From Lama glama (lineage: Eukaryota), in NCBI GenBank assembly GCA_028534125.1, contig CM052816.1, positions 43,154,001 through 43,218,000 of the forward strand: a DNA stretch of 64,000 bases, given 5' to 3'. A program made the translations under genes and the position numbers. How positions within the stretch are numbered: position 1 is the stretch's first letter; the number at the start of each line of letters is the position of its first letter. Below, piece after piece: positions 51,962-64,000 of this stretch. Under the pieces are notes generated by a model. It was not told where the DNA came from and did no database searches. It saw nothing but the letters and a program-made list of their open reading frames with translations.

Positions 51962-52352
51962 TAAGGATGGTGAGACCAGTGAATGTTGGCAGACCTCAGG
52001 CTCTTTGCTGTCCTCGTGCTTGCTCCCTCTGATGGAAGCCAGCTGCCATGGTGGGAGCTGCTCCCTGGAAAGGCCCACGTGACAAGGAATTGGTGTTTCC
52101 AGCCACGAGCCAGTGAGGACCTAAAGTCTGCCAACAGCCACCTTGGAAGGGCATCACCTCCCATTTGAACCTTGAGAGGACTGCAACCTCAACCAACACC
52201 TTGACGGTGTTTTTGTGAGAGACCCTGAGCCAGTTCCCTAGCCACACCACACTCAGATCCCCACCCCACAGAAACTGTGACTGATAAAGATGTATTGTTT
52301 TAAGCTGCCAATCTTGGGTGTGATTTGTTGACAGCAGTAGATAATTAATACA
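51962..52352 (+). mobile_element. MLT1-type MaLR LTR
   Basis: ggaagccagctgccatg...gaaaggcccacgtg...cccacagaaactgtga...ttttaagctgcc...gcagtagataattaataca. Confidence 0.85.
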
Positions 52353-52748
52353 AGTTTAAACTTCAACTCTGGCGGTCACTCAAGCCTAAGTAGAAAACAA
52401 CTTAAGCTTTTGTAAGATTCATCTTTTGTTTGTTATCTTGGGTTTTACTAGCAACTCTTTCAAAAAGGCACTAAAAAGTTCTTTGAAGACAATTCATTCT
52501 TACCCTGCTTCTCCAATACTTCATTAGACTTTGCTGTACAGTTTATCAGAGATAAGCTATTAAGTTTCTTCTTTATCACACTCATTTGATCTTACACTAA
52601 GTCGCCTCACTATTCGACTCTTCTCTGACCAAATCTTTCTTAAGACAGAACTTGCTACTTTCTGTAACCTTCTATTCCCTGTGGGTTTTTATTCCAACAA
52701 ATTTGGCTTAAGTCAGGAGGAGATTTCTTATACATTCCCCAATATATA

Positions 52749-53172
52749 CAGTTATTCCCCACTTGTTGAAAGTTCACTTTATGCCACTTGACTTTTATGA
52801 AAGATCTCCGTTGGTTTTCCTGTTTTCCCTAACTGGAAGAAATTTGAAGAGGCTTTTTGCTCTTATGAAGAAAAGTGAAAGCAAAAATGCATTCAGCATT
52901 TGCTTGCAGGGGGCGGTTATAGAGGCAGCAAGTACCCGGAGTAGCGAGACTGGCATCACCAAGCTCCTCCCCCAGGAACTCCACTCCACATCTCAGCATC
53001 AAGCAGGCACAGCTTTCAGCTGTGCCTGTGAGCATCTGTGCCTTAACTCAATTTATTTGGGGCATCCATTAGCAAAATGTGTCCTAAAGTAATTGCTTCT
53101 TTGCTTTACACCATTTTGGCTTACGTAAAGTTTCATAGGAATGCTGTACTTTCAGATAGTAGGGGAAACCTG
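52749..53172 (-). mobile_element. Tigger6-like TcMar DNA transposon deletion derivative
   Basis: TA-flanked, imperfect TIRs cagttattcccc...aggggaaacctg. Internal tttcataggaatgctgtactttcagatagt. Confidence 0.7.
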
Positions 53173-53179
53173 TATCCAT

Positions 53180-53900
53180 TTATTTCTCAAATATTTACTC
53201 AGCACTTATGTTCCAGGTAGTGCTCTGGAAGCTGGAACACAGCAATGAACAAGAGCTTATAATGACTATCATTTTTTCCCCGAAAAAGATGTTTTAATAA
53301 AGAACTGTTTCCTGGCCCTCTGCTAGGAGGAAATAGCTTCCTCCTTTTGAAGCTGGCATCAACACTAGGTTGCACCAAATGAGAGAAGAGAGCCAGTAAG
53401 CCCAGCATTTTCCATACCGACTTATAAAACTGAACAGTTTTTAATCAAAATCATTGATTTCCCTCAGAGTCCTTAAAAAATAATGAACAGTTTTATGATG
53501 TGATCAGCATTACTATGACGTGATCAAAATGGAATTTTAAAGAAGATTAGTTTAGTAAATGAATAAAAGAGAGGAGCAAGCATCTGGAGGCAGTAGACTC
53601 AGCAGGCTGTGACAGTAAAGCCAGTATATGTGGTTGATGGCATGAACGGGAGTGGCGGCAATGGGACTGGAGAGGATAGGAGAGCTGTAACAGGTATGAC
53701 TTGGGAAGAACCTACACGCTTTGATGATAAATAGACAGGACATGGAGGCTGAGGGAAGGGAGGAGACAATGATAAGCTCCAATGAGAAGTAACTGGGACA
53801 AGAGGGGAGCAAAAGGAGGAAATTAATTAAGAGCAAGAATGATGAAGTTGTTTTATGACCTGTTTAATTGAAATGACAGCAATTGAGGTGATGGCAGGAA
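53180..53900 (-). mobile_element. L2 fragments
   Basis: aaatatttactcagcacttatgttccagg...gaacacagcaatgaacaag, and a purine-rich L2 body at about 53570-53900. Confidence 0.6.
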
Positions 53901-55477
53901 ATTCAGATAGAAATACCAAAGGTTGTTAAAGTACCTTTGACACACCTGAAGTTCTGTGATCAATAATCCTATTATTGTAATTTGAAATGTTGATATTGTT
54001 TGAAAATTTCAGTATGTGTACTGACCACAAATTATTAATGGATGTCCAGACTATCCATTCAATTTAGTGAAGTCTTTTTTTCCATATTTCTAAATTATGA
54101 AGGTTTTTTTTTCTCATTACAATATACTTTTTACCTTTTGACTAAGAATTTCATGGTCAAGGCAGAAAAATTACCTGTAAAAATACATACTCATTTAATC
54201 CTGAATTTTTTCCTCTATTACTAAATATGTTTCCTTTTACCCAAAAAATAGATCCAATGCTTATAATAGCTCCATTTTATGAATGTTATTTACCTATGAA
54301 TATTTTTAAAGCAGGTACAGTAAAATTTTTGAATTATACTTAAAATACCACTGATAATTATTTTCAGTAGAGTCATATGTTTTTATTTCTCTTTTGAAAG
54401 CAAATGTAATGCTTATAATAATGTCACATTTAAGAGTTGGCAGTATTGTACCTTATACTTAAAATGAAGTTGACTTTTCAGTTATTATAACATATTATGG
54501 ATAGTGGATATTTGAGGCATCTCGAATACATGTCAAGTCACTGGTTCCCTCACTTTTTTCTGTTAATGGTGTTTCATACTAGTAAAAACAGCTGTTTAAA
54601 AACAGTGTTATTCAGAGAAATATATAATAGGTTAATAAGATCTATGTTTATTCTATAGCCCATATTTTGGTTGTTTATATGTTTGTTATAAAATGGCAAC
54701 AGCATATGTCTGCCTCACTTAACTTGTAGAAGTGTTATGAGGACAATTTTTTGGTATCTGAAGGGATATTTTAAGTTCACCAGGAAGAAGGCACTGTAAA
54801 AATGTAATGTGATACTGTATATTCTCATTAGGCATTTTAGAATTTAAGGCTATCCTTTATTTTAAAAGGATTATTGATTATTTTAACCCTATAGGAGTGG
54901 GAAAAGCGTTTGCAGAGATATTCCCCCTTCCACTTCCCTGTCTCCAATTCTGTTTTGAAACAGCAAATAACTTATTCATGTTTTTCTATGTTCTCTCTGA
55001 CATTGATAAGTGTAGTAAAACCAGAGTCACAGAAAGATAGAAAATATAGTGAAGAAATCAAAAGGAAAACTAATAGTTGAAAGAAAAATGTTCAGTAGGA
55101 CGTAGAAATCTGGAAACAATAAAGCTGAAAGAAACGGGGGTAGAAGTAAAGATGAAATCAGAAATGATGTTATTATCCTGTTACTTCTCCCCCCAAATTT
55201 TTGACTGTGCGTTAAGAGGCATTCTTCCAGGGTGAAAGGAAAGCCAAACATATATGTTTGAAAATAGACAAGGTTACAGAGCTTTGACATCTTCTGACTT
55301 CTTACAAGTCCGGGCACAGCTGGGTTCGGCCAGCACATGACTGACAGACGGCTCTTTCCCGCCGGCCTGTTCCCGGCGGGGCCCGCTGTGGGTCAGTGCT
55401 TCTGCTCAGGCGCACGCGCAGTCAGCCCCTCCCAGCGTGCTCCCGGGCTCCCCAGGCACCTTGCTTTCAGTCTGCGC

Positions 55478-55760
55478 GCCTTCCGTCAGCAAGAACTCGC
55501 TGTGGACCAGACGTGACTCCAGGTGCAGGGACGTAGCCGTGAATTACACCAGGTAAAGGTCCCGCGGAGGGCTTACCTTCTAGTAGGAGAGACAGACAAT
55601 CAACAAGATACATAAGTGAAGTATATATGTAGTGTGTTGGGTAGTAGTCGTTGGGGGGAGAAACAGTGGGAAGAGGGAACAGAAGTATGTGTATGTGGAG
55701 GGGAGGATATGAAGTTTTAGGAAGTTGGCCAGGGAAGGCCTCTCTGAGATGACATTTCTA
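55478..55760 (-). mobile_element. L2 3' end, GC-enriched at its terminus
   Basis: gggcttaccttctagtaggagagacagacaatcaacaa and ggccagggaaggcctctctgag are typical antisense L2. Confidence 0.65.
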
Positions 55761-57653
55761 GTATCGTCCTTCTAGCCCTGGTCTTTGCCTGTCTGACTTT
55801 AGGGATGTTTTTCCAAGACTTCAGGGGAATCTGCTCAGCTCTGAAATCTGCGCCCTTCTTCCCTCCCAGCAGTCTCTTGTTCTGGGTCCCTGAAATGCTG
55901 ACGGTCTCATCAGATCTACTTTAGCAGTCCTCTAAGGCTTATGGAGACCATAAAGCGTAGTTACCAGCACATAATTAAAGTTATTCCACTCTTCCTTAAG
56001 CAGCACATGTAGAAAAGTGTGAGATTTATATGGCACTCTGGAGTTCACAGACAGGGTTGCTTGTGCCCAGAGGTGGATGCACAGAGCTCCTCCTGGCTGA
56101 GCTGAAGGGTGAGGGGATCAGTATTTTCACATGCCTGTGACTCTTGCGCACCAGGCGCACAGGATAGGAAGTTTTTTCCACCTACCATTAAGGAAATTTA
56201 CTTAAATTGTATCTAGATGTCTGATACCTGTCAACATATTTCCTCCCAGAACTTGTATCCTCATTTTTTCTCACCCTTGTCATGGTTTGAGGTAGACTTC
56301 TGTCTGTTCTTCCAGCTTACTTAGAACACTTGATGTAAATCTGAGCACCTCAAAATTTAGAAAGATAACAGTATAAATGTTTAAAAAGGAGAAGAAAAGA
56401 AAAGGGGAGAGGGTAAAAGAACCATCGTAGATGTCTTAGGAGGTAAGAATTAAACTTGAAATGTACTAATATTTAGATGATGCTGTCTGGTTCTGGATGT
56501 AGAAGGAGGCCATTGATAAAGTACACCTGTCAAGCCCCTTCCTCACCAGAATAGAAACTGGAACATTAGCCATTTCCAGGTGAATCTGAATTGTCGAAAA
56601 CCTGCAACTGTAACCCTAATTATTCTTGGCTTAAGTAGTCCAGATCGAATGTTTACACTGACTGAAATTACTGAATATTTGCTAAATATTCACTTCACTT
56701 TATTGCTGAAAATATGTCTTGAGGAAATGGCATTAAAAGTTGTATCTTTTCTTTGTTAGTGAACAATCACTTCTTTCTAAAGATAGCGATGGAAAATCAA
56801 CATTAATTGCTTCTAGAATGTGGTATCATTCAGAATGTGTAGACAAGTTGTGTTATCTAATATATTTTTAGACATAGCTCAAAATAATTGGGTAATTGAA
56901 AGTCTATACTTTGCCTTGTAAACAGACTTGAAAATTCAAGGCATATTAGCGTGTATGATACTGTACCACTTTTTGACTATGTGTACTGCTCAAGAATTCT
57001 AGCATTCCTCTTCCATTCAGAGAATATCTATTCTAATTCTTAAAGTGATATTTTCGTTAACTAAATAGCATTTTTCAGGCAGTTTGTGTTCATTGTTGTA
57101 GAACTGGCCTTGCAGCTGTTACTCATCAGTGACTTTCCCTGTTCATTGTTTGGTGTTACCTTATAATTAATAGTTAATACAAGGGATGTATGTTGTAAAA
57201 GTTGACCACTAGAAATGCTTGTGCTTTCAGTGAATCATTCATTATAATTAGCTGGAATCAGGAACTTTGGGGAAATAATGGATTAGAGAATCATTTAAAA
57301 TAAACTGGCTAAACATATGATATTTATGTAGATCACCAACATTTGCCCTCATTTTATATATATGTATATATACACACACATATACATACATAAGCTTAAT
57401 CAGGTCCAGCATTATCCTGTGATTTTAACTCTTTCAGTTTTCTAGTAATCACATTGAATATAAGTAGTCTTACTCCAGAAATCTCAGTTTTTTAAAAAAA
57501 TTAAAAATAGCCACCATGATTTTTTTTACAACTTTCTGAACCAATTTGTGAAAAATCCTTCAAAGAATTTGGCAGTAAAGGTGGCAACTCCCTTTTACTG
57601 AGCTAACTCTTCCCTTTAAAGATAAAAAAATTTTAAAACTAATTATTTTAGAA

Positions 57654-57812
57654 CTCTCCTTTTTTAATTTATATCTTTTTTGGTAGGGGGAGTAATTAGG
57701 TTTGTTTGTTTGTTTATTATTATTATTTAATGGAGGTGCTGGGGATGGAACCCAGGACCTTATGCTGCATGCTAAGCACATACTCTGTACCACTGAGCTG
57801 TGCCCTCCCCTC
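57654..57812 (-). mobile_element. Vic-1-type tRNA-Ala-derived SINE with extended tail
   Basis: tRNA-Ala-like head at 57730-57810. 18-bp TSD aaactaatt(a/t)ttttagaa at 57636-57653 and 57815-57832. Confidence 0.88.
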
Positions 57813-60386
57813 TTAAACTAATTTTTTTAGAATGCTTTTGGATAAATAACTGAATAATATGAATTTGTATTTGTTCTTGAAATTTATAAATTATAAGTTA
57901 ATTTGTGAGAGATTACTTTTATAGTTCATATAGCAGTGTCTCATGGCACTTAATGCTATGTCCCTAGTTAGAAAAGTAAGTTGAGACCAGTGGTACCTAA
58001 GACAGAAATTTTCTTTTTTTTTTTTTTTTTTTACTGTACATTAAGTATTGATCTCCCTTCCCATGGCTGGCTGTGCTTCACTTGTCCTCTGTTTCTCCTT
58101 CCCTCTGTCAGCTATCTCGGTCACTGCTCTCAAGGGCTCTCCTTGGGTCTTTATATTGCCTCCTGACTCTCTCTCTGTCATCTGGTTTTGTGTCTGTGTG
58201 TGACTCTTTTCTTACAGTTTGTGTCTCCTGTGTCTTCCTGGCTTCTGTCTACCCCACCTAGAGATTCTTTGTCCTACAGCCTGTGGAATCACGTCTACCC
58301 CAGATCACAGTCTCTGCCTGCCCCTTCCTGACCTGTGTGGTTTGCCTGGATCCACTGCCCTTCACTTCTCTTTGACCAAACGTGTGATATGTGCCTCCCA
58401 TCTAACCCTCCCTGCCTACTCCGACTTGTCACAGACACACATCAAGTCACCAGCAGTAAATCTGTCTGCTGGCAAAAATACCCCCAAAACATACCCCTTA
58501 AGAGAAACGGCATTGCCTTCTAATAGTGATTCAGAACATCTAAAATATTCTTTGGTACTGAAATGAAAATTCAAAGTGAACGTTAGGCACTATAGACAGG
58601 TCAAATATTTTTTATTTTTAAAATCTTAAGATGTTCTAATTTGATTATCAGCACTTTAAAAGCAGGGTTTTTTTAATTTTTTATTTAATCGTAGTTCTTA
58701 AAACACAGTCCTTTAAAGGAAAATAGTTTTGTTTAATGAAAAATTTTGAGAGATAATTTGATAGATGACTTCAGCTTTTAGGTATTAACATTGATTTAAC
58801 TGATATACAGTATCTAAATATTCTTTGAGAATAGGTACTAGTATTTCTGTTCATATTGTCTGTTATTATCCCCTTTAACCATACATATTTCACCCCAAGT
58901 ATTCAATATGTTCTACCAATAATAATTAAATCATAAGAGCTAGTTTATATAAGTTTTGAATCTCATGGCATAATCTTTGACAAAATTCAGTTGTATTACA
59001 TAATTCCTTAATTTCTAAAATATTATAAAAGTTACTTATTGAAATATTTGGGCAGATAAACATAAACATCATTTTAAACTTTGTATAGCAAAGATCTTTA
59101 TAAAAGAGACTTTTGTAACAGACCCTTTATTGAAATTTTCTAATAACCTTCTAAAATCAATATTGAATTCTTTTGTTTTTAGCTAATGTTTCAGATATTT
59201 TAAAAGAGCAGCATAAATTTTTTTTACTTTTATTTCATTTTAATAAATTACCTTCTAAGAAATTTAGGATCTCCTTTCCATTTTAATTTATGTGGCAAAA
59301 TAGCCACACCTTTCCTGCTTAGTTTCTGGAAGGAAAGTAATTAAATTTAAAATAAGACATTGTCAATTTAAGGTCACAGATACAAATGATTAAATATAAC
59401 CAGTATGTGGGAAAACTATGGAACTAGATGATATGTAGATTGAACTTTATAATGAAAAGTATAGTCCCCCATGACCATTGTAGCTTAGATTTTTACAACA
59501 CTTCACTTTTGAAGGTATAATCCCTCGGCATTATTTGGTTTTGCTTTTCTTCAGAAAGAATATCAAGCATGTAAAATCAACATAGATGGCAAGCCTTACA
59601 TTTTAGAAAATCCAAATTTCATTATTTTCACCAATTAATTAGTTGGTTGATTTAATTGTTTCCGCTCTAATTAGAGCCTAACTCCATGTCTTACTTCAGA
59701 CTTGAGTTATTTTTTGTTCTCTTGAGATGAGAAACTAACTGTAAATATGTATTCCTTATTTCCACAAAGATTTACTGAGCACTTATTATGTACTGAGCAT
59801 TCATCTAGACTCTAAAGATTGCTAGACAAGATTCTCGCCTCTCAAGGAACTCATTCTCCTAAGGAAAAAAATCTTCTGTCCGTTGCAGAATTCTCTTTGT
59901 TCCTAATCAGAGGATGACTACTGAAATTGGTGAGCTGGTGAAGGACTTCTGAACCCCTTCAGGGCCCAAGAGTAACTCTTAGTTCACTGACACCCTCCTT
60001 TATTAAGTGGTACCCCACTGCTATCTAAGAGTTAGTGCATCTTCTCAAAGTATCCACCTTCCTTCCCTATTATTATGAGACCCTGACTTTTTACTCTAGA
60101 TAAATATTCCAAATGAATGTGTAACTTGTCACTTCAGACTCTCTAATGGTAGTAAGTCAGCATTTATGAAGAACTTTGGGTTTATCATGACTGTGAGAAA
60201 AGTGTATTCTTCCCAAATATGTGGAGAATTAATTCTATGATATGGCCAGATGAAGATCTACAATCACTCTGTCTTTAAAATGAGAATAATGCTAGTACCA
60301 TTCATTGGGTCATGGTCAGAATTAAGTTGAACAATCCATACAGGACTGTCAAAATAGTACCTGGCATATAGTAGGACTCAATAATA

Positions 60387-61239
60387 CAGATAGTCCTCGC
60401 TTTGCATGGCTCTAATATACACAAATTTCAGTTACCATAGTTTAGTTAAGTAACACCAGTCCCCCCAAAACAAGGTTCAAATGTCAGTTGCCACAATATA
60501 CTAACTTTGAATAATTGCATTAGGTACAGATCTCAATGTAAATTACAGACGCACATCATGATCAGTGACCAATCCTGTCACTCCTTTCAAATCTGTCACT
60601 GACTGATCACTGCATATCTGTTATTCAGTTCCGACACAGATAGCACTATCTGTATTTACAAAAAGAAATGGCCTGGCCAACAGAGATGAAAGTACAGCAA
60701 AGACATGAAATGCTGGAAGTGAAACTGGAAAGCATTTATGACGAAAAAGATGAAGATGTCCCAGAGGAAGTGATGCTGGCAAAAAACAAAAAAACAAACA
60801 AAAGAAAACTTCACATCAAATGAACTCTCAGAGATGTTTCATGACACTGGAAGCGAAGGATAAAATGTTGGAAGCTGACCCACACTTAGGAGTATGACAG
60901 TTTGCCAAGGCATAGAAAAGATTTGCTTGAACTGTGTCACAAGTTATATGACAAGAAGGCAGGCACTATTCAAACTGCTCTTAATGAGTTTTTTACAAAG
61001 AAATAAAGCATCTTAATTCTCAATGTTTCTAAAGTTTTAAAATGCAGTGTACTAAATACAGTTCATTTTACTTTTTTTTTATTCCTCTACCCTATTCATT
61101 TTTAATGTTTTAACAAAAAAAAGGTCACAGCACAACCATAGGTTTTTTTTCCATTGATTGTTATGATCACTTTGCCCGGTTTCAGTTTGTATGGTCATTT
61201 TTACAGTCCTACACTTCCATGCAAAGCAAGGACTTCCTG
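60387..61239. mobile_element. Tigger-family non-autonomous element (Tigger13a-like) inserted in a MIR tail
   Basis: 23-bp TIRs cagatagtcctcgctttgcatgg and ccatgcaaagcaaggacttcctg, with TA at the left flank. The MIR 3' part lies at about 60270-60385. Confidence 0.8.
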
Positions 61240-64000
61240 TTATTATTATTGTTGTTGTTGTTGTTGTTATTATTATAAATTATTTTATCCAACAAATCAA
61301 GGGCTACAGTTTTCAAGAAATTGTTCTTTGCTTTTCAGTACTCAAGAATTAAAAACTTTGTCATTTCTCTCCTGTTTTCTAGATTATCTGAGTCCTGATT
61401 CTAGTCATGTCTTGTCGTAGGATTACTCTCAGAGCCTCTCAGTGCATCTTCTACAGAAGTCCAGCCTTTCAGCTCCTCAGTTTTCCTGTTCTTCAGCGTT
61501 CTCCCTGTTTCTTCACTCTTCTAATGTACATACGTCCCACGCTGACCTTTTCCCTTTCATTCTTCTTCCTCCTACTGTCCTATTCTCCCATATTCTCCCT
61601 GAAATCCTATCAGTTCTTTAATACATTGTCTTCCTTTCAAAATGACACCTGCCCTAGAACATATCCTTATGAGAAACTTCCATAAATTCATTGGTTTCTT
61701 ATGTTTCATCTACATTTCTGTCAGTCATAAAAGACAGGTGTCTTTCTTGAATTTAAATTATTACAAGAAATTCTGCCACTCTCTTTGGCTTACTTCAGTT
61801 CATAGTTTCTTACAGAGATTCCAGGGACAATCACAGAGACCTCATACTTACGATGGCAATACCAAGGCACCAAAATCAATTAATTTGGAATCTCTTTAAC
61901 AAAAAATAATTCTCACAGCTCCTGAAAGAGTTATATCCTGTAAACAGAAATTCTACTCTACTTCTCATTTACTTCTCTGAGCCCATGGCACATCCTGAAT
62001 TACTGGTTTCATTGGTCATAAGCTGTCATTTCTATTAGGTGCATTTTTACCGTGCAGTGTAATAGAAAATTTTTTCATTAAACAAGTTGTGTTTCTCCTG
62101 CTTTAAAGTGTAAGCAGAGTCCACATTTGAATGCAGAAGACAGTGACTGTACCCTGACTAGCGTAATCAATGCAAGAAGATCCTTAAAGCTTTTCTTCTG
62201 TAACAAGGGCAAACTCAGCTAAAAAGTTTGTTTAAATCCTGCTTGGCATAACAAGAACCTTTAAACTTTATCTACTTGTGCCTATCTTTGAATATACCTG
62301 ACTCATCACCATAATGCCGTTCAACTCAGCCCTGCTCAGCTCAACTGCTCTTCCTGCCTCATACAGATATTTTAAATTCTTTAAGGCTTCCAGCGAAGGC
62401 TGTAGAGTTTTTGGACTTAATATTATTTTACAGCACAGGAAGTTCATAGCTCCTGAATAACGCGGATCTGTAAAATAAAATGGGAAGATTTTTCTCTGTG
62501 TAGTCTCTGACTATGCAGTTATGTCATATTTGTGTCATGAGCTGTCATTTTTAAGCAACAATTATATCACAGCAGAGTCATTTTTACAATAACAAAAGAA
62601 TAACAGTGAAATGAAGTAGCAGCCAAAAAAAAAGTCCTTCATAATCTTAATCTTAAATTAAGAAGATCAAGAAAATTCTGTGTTGGCAGCACACTACATT
62701 CTGGTTTTTCTCTATGTATTTTTTAAGAGTAAAAGCTTCTCGTATTACTGTTTTCACAAATAGCTGTCCTTTCGCCTTTGTTCTTTTCCTCTGTTATCTC
62801 CTATGCAGAACAGTGCCGTCAGCTATTTTATGAATTTATCTCCTAGACCAATAAGTGATTCTTTTCAATGGACTACATCGATGTGATTAACTTCTTCCAT
62901 GTTATTACACCTTTAACGTCGTGTCCTTTGCCTACACCTATCAGTTTTTCCTAACTGCCTAACTTACCTTCAGTGTCTCACTTTGTTCTAGTTTTTCTAC
63001 TTAAAAATCCACCCAAAGGATTGGCTGTTTCAGCATTTCTGTGTATTTTGAGGTAGCTTCGGTGAACTAAATTGGTGTGATGTGTGTTGTTAACTCTCTC
63101 AAGGTGAGGCGGGAGGCGTCTTTCCTGACTGCCCGGCTGGCACGTTTCTCCCAGGTCCCTGACTTTCCTTCCTAGACCCAGAGACGGACTTCCCAGTGAC
63201 TTTGCCTTTTGTCTTGCTCCTTGACTGATGTGGTTCTTGGGGACCTATACTTGCCCTTCTGGTGACAGTGCTTTTACACCCTGATGCCTGGTCAGTGCTC
63301 AGTTACCAGCATACCTGCAGAGTGGGAAAAACTATAAAATTAGCACCAGCTAGTCTGCTTTTGCCCTCTTTGTCTGACTTACACATTATTCTTAGCTCTC
63401 CTGGTCTGCTCTGTTGATTTAATTACATTCAAAAAGCATTTTTTTGAGCCTCTGCTATAGAAATGGAACTTCTCACATATTCTTGAACAAAACCCTGTCT
63501 GCTCTCCGGAGCATGAACAACAGCTTTGGGAAAGATGCATTTGGAGAGAGAAGGAAGCAAAGAACACCTTCCTAGTTAATGAGATAACTGATCAACAGGG
63601 TGATGTAAGTCAAAACCAGATTTCCTTCACATCCAGGTGTTTTTATGCACTTACCATCCTCAGAGCTCTGTGGATAGCTTCTATGTTATGACATTGTTCA
63701 GCACATAAGTACAAAATAAATGGAATCCGTAATATCCATTGGGGAGGTTCCATATCTCCTAGGTGGGAGCTAAGACATGTTTAAAGCAGCCAGTATATCT
63801 CAGTGGAAAGGCACCAAGTTCAGAGTGGAGTGAGATCACTGTGGTCCTGAATGTATGAGCAAAGTTTTTCAAAGAGATGAAGCATGAACCAAGACCTACA
63901 TGGATGCTTATTATTAACTTTGCCTCCACTGTTTTCTGCTTCTTACCATTGGTGATCTTGGCAGATGGTCAGTTGGTTTTGCCATCTTAGAATAGAGGAT

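Noticed and set aside
48560..64000. Intronic POU5F2 retrogene, which lies in a FAM172A intron in human
   Set aside because: No POU or homeodomain-coding sequence seen in any frame here. It is outside the window or absent.

Overview
This is AT-rich mammalian genomic DNA, most likely a camelid, judged from three tRNA-Ala-derived Vic-1-type SINEs. The whole window lies inside FAM172A (ARB2A), transcribed on the + strand. Three internal coding exons splice in frame: 3506-3625, 40940-41056 and 48475-48559. They encode part of the alpha/beta-hydrolase-like Arb2 domain, including the AHSYGG motif. The rest is intron: L1, L2, MIR, Tigger/hAT fossils, an ERV-L remnant with integrase and dUTPase, microsatellites and a 100-N gap. 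I found no self-contained new multi-gene system. The best leads are: (1) an in-frame stop-containing alternative exon at 20997-21175, a candidate poison or truncating exon in a splicing-regulator gene; (2) a tailless 5'-half tRNA-Lys(CTT) retrocopy with a target-site duplication (TSD) at 48039-48093; (3) a CpG-rich patch at 55310-55570 overlying an L2 fossil, with an NRF1-like motif; (4) an ~11 kb transposon-poor zone with enhancer-like and CTCF-like elements; (5) further candidate stop-containing exons. Repeat names and boundaries come from recalled consensus sequences, not from a RepeatMasker run, and are approximate.
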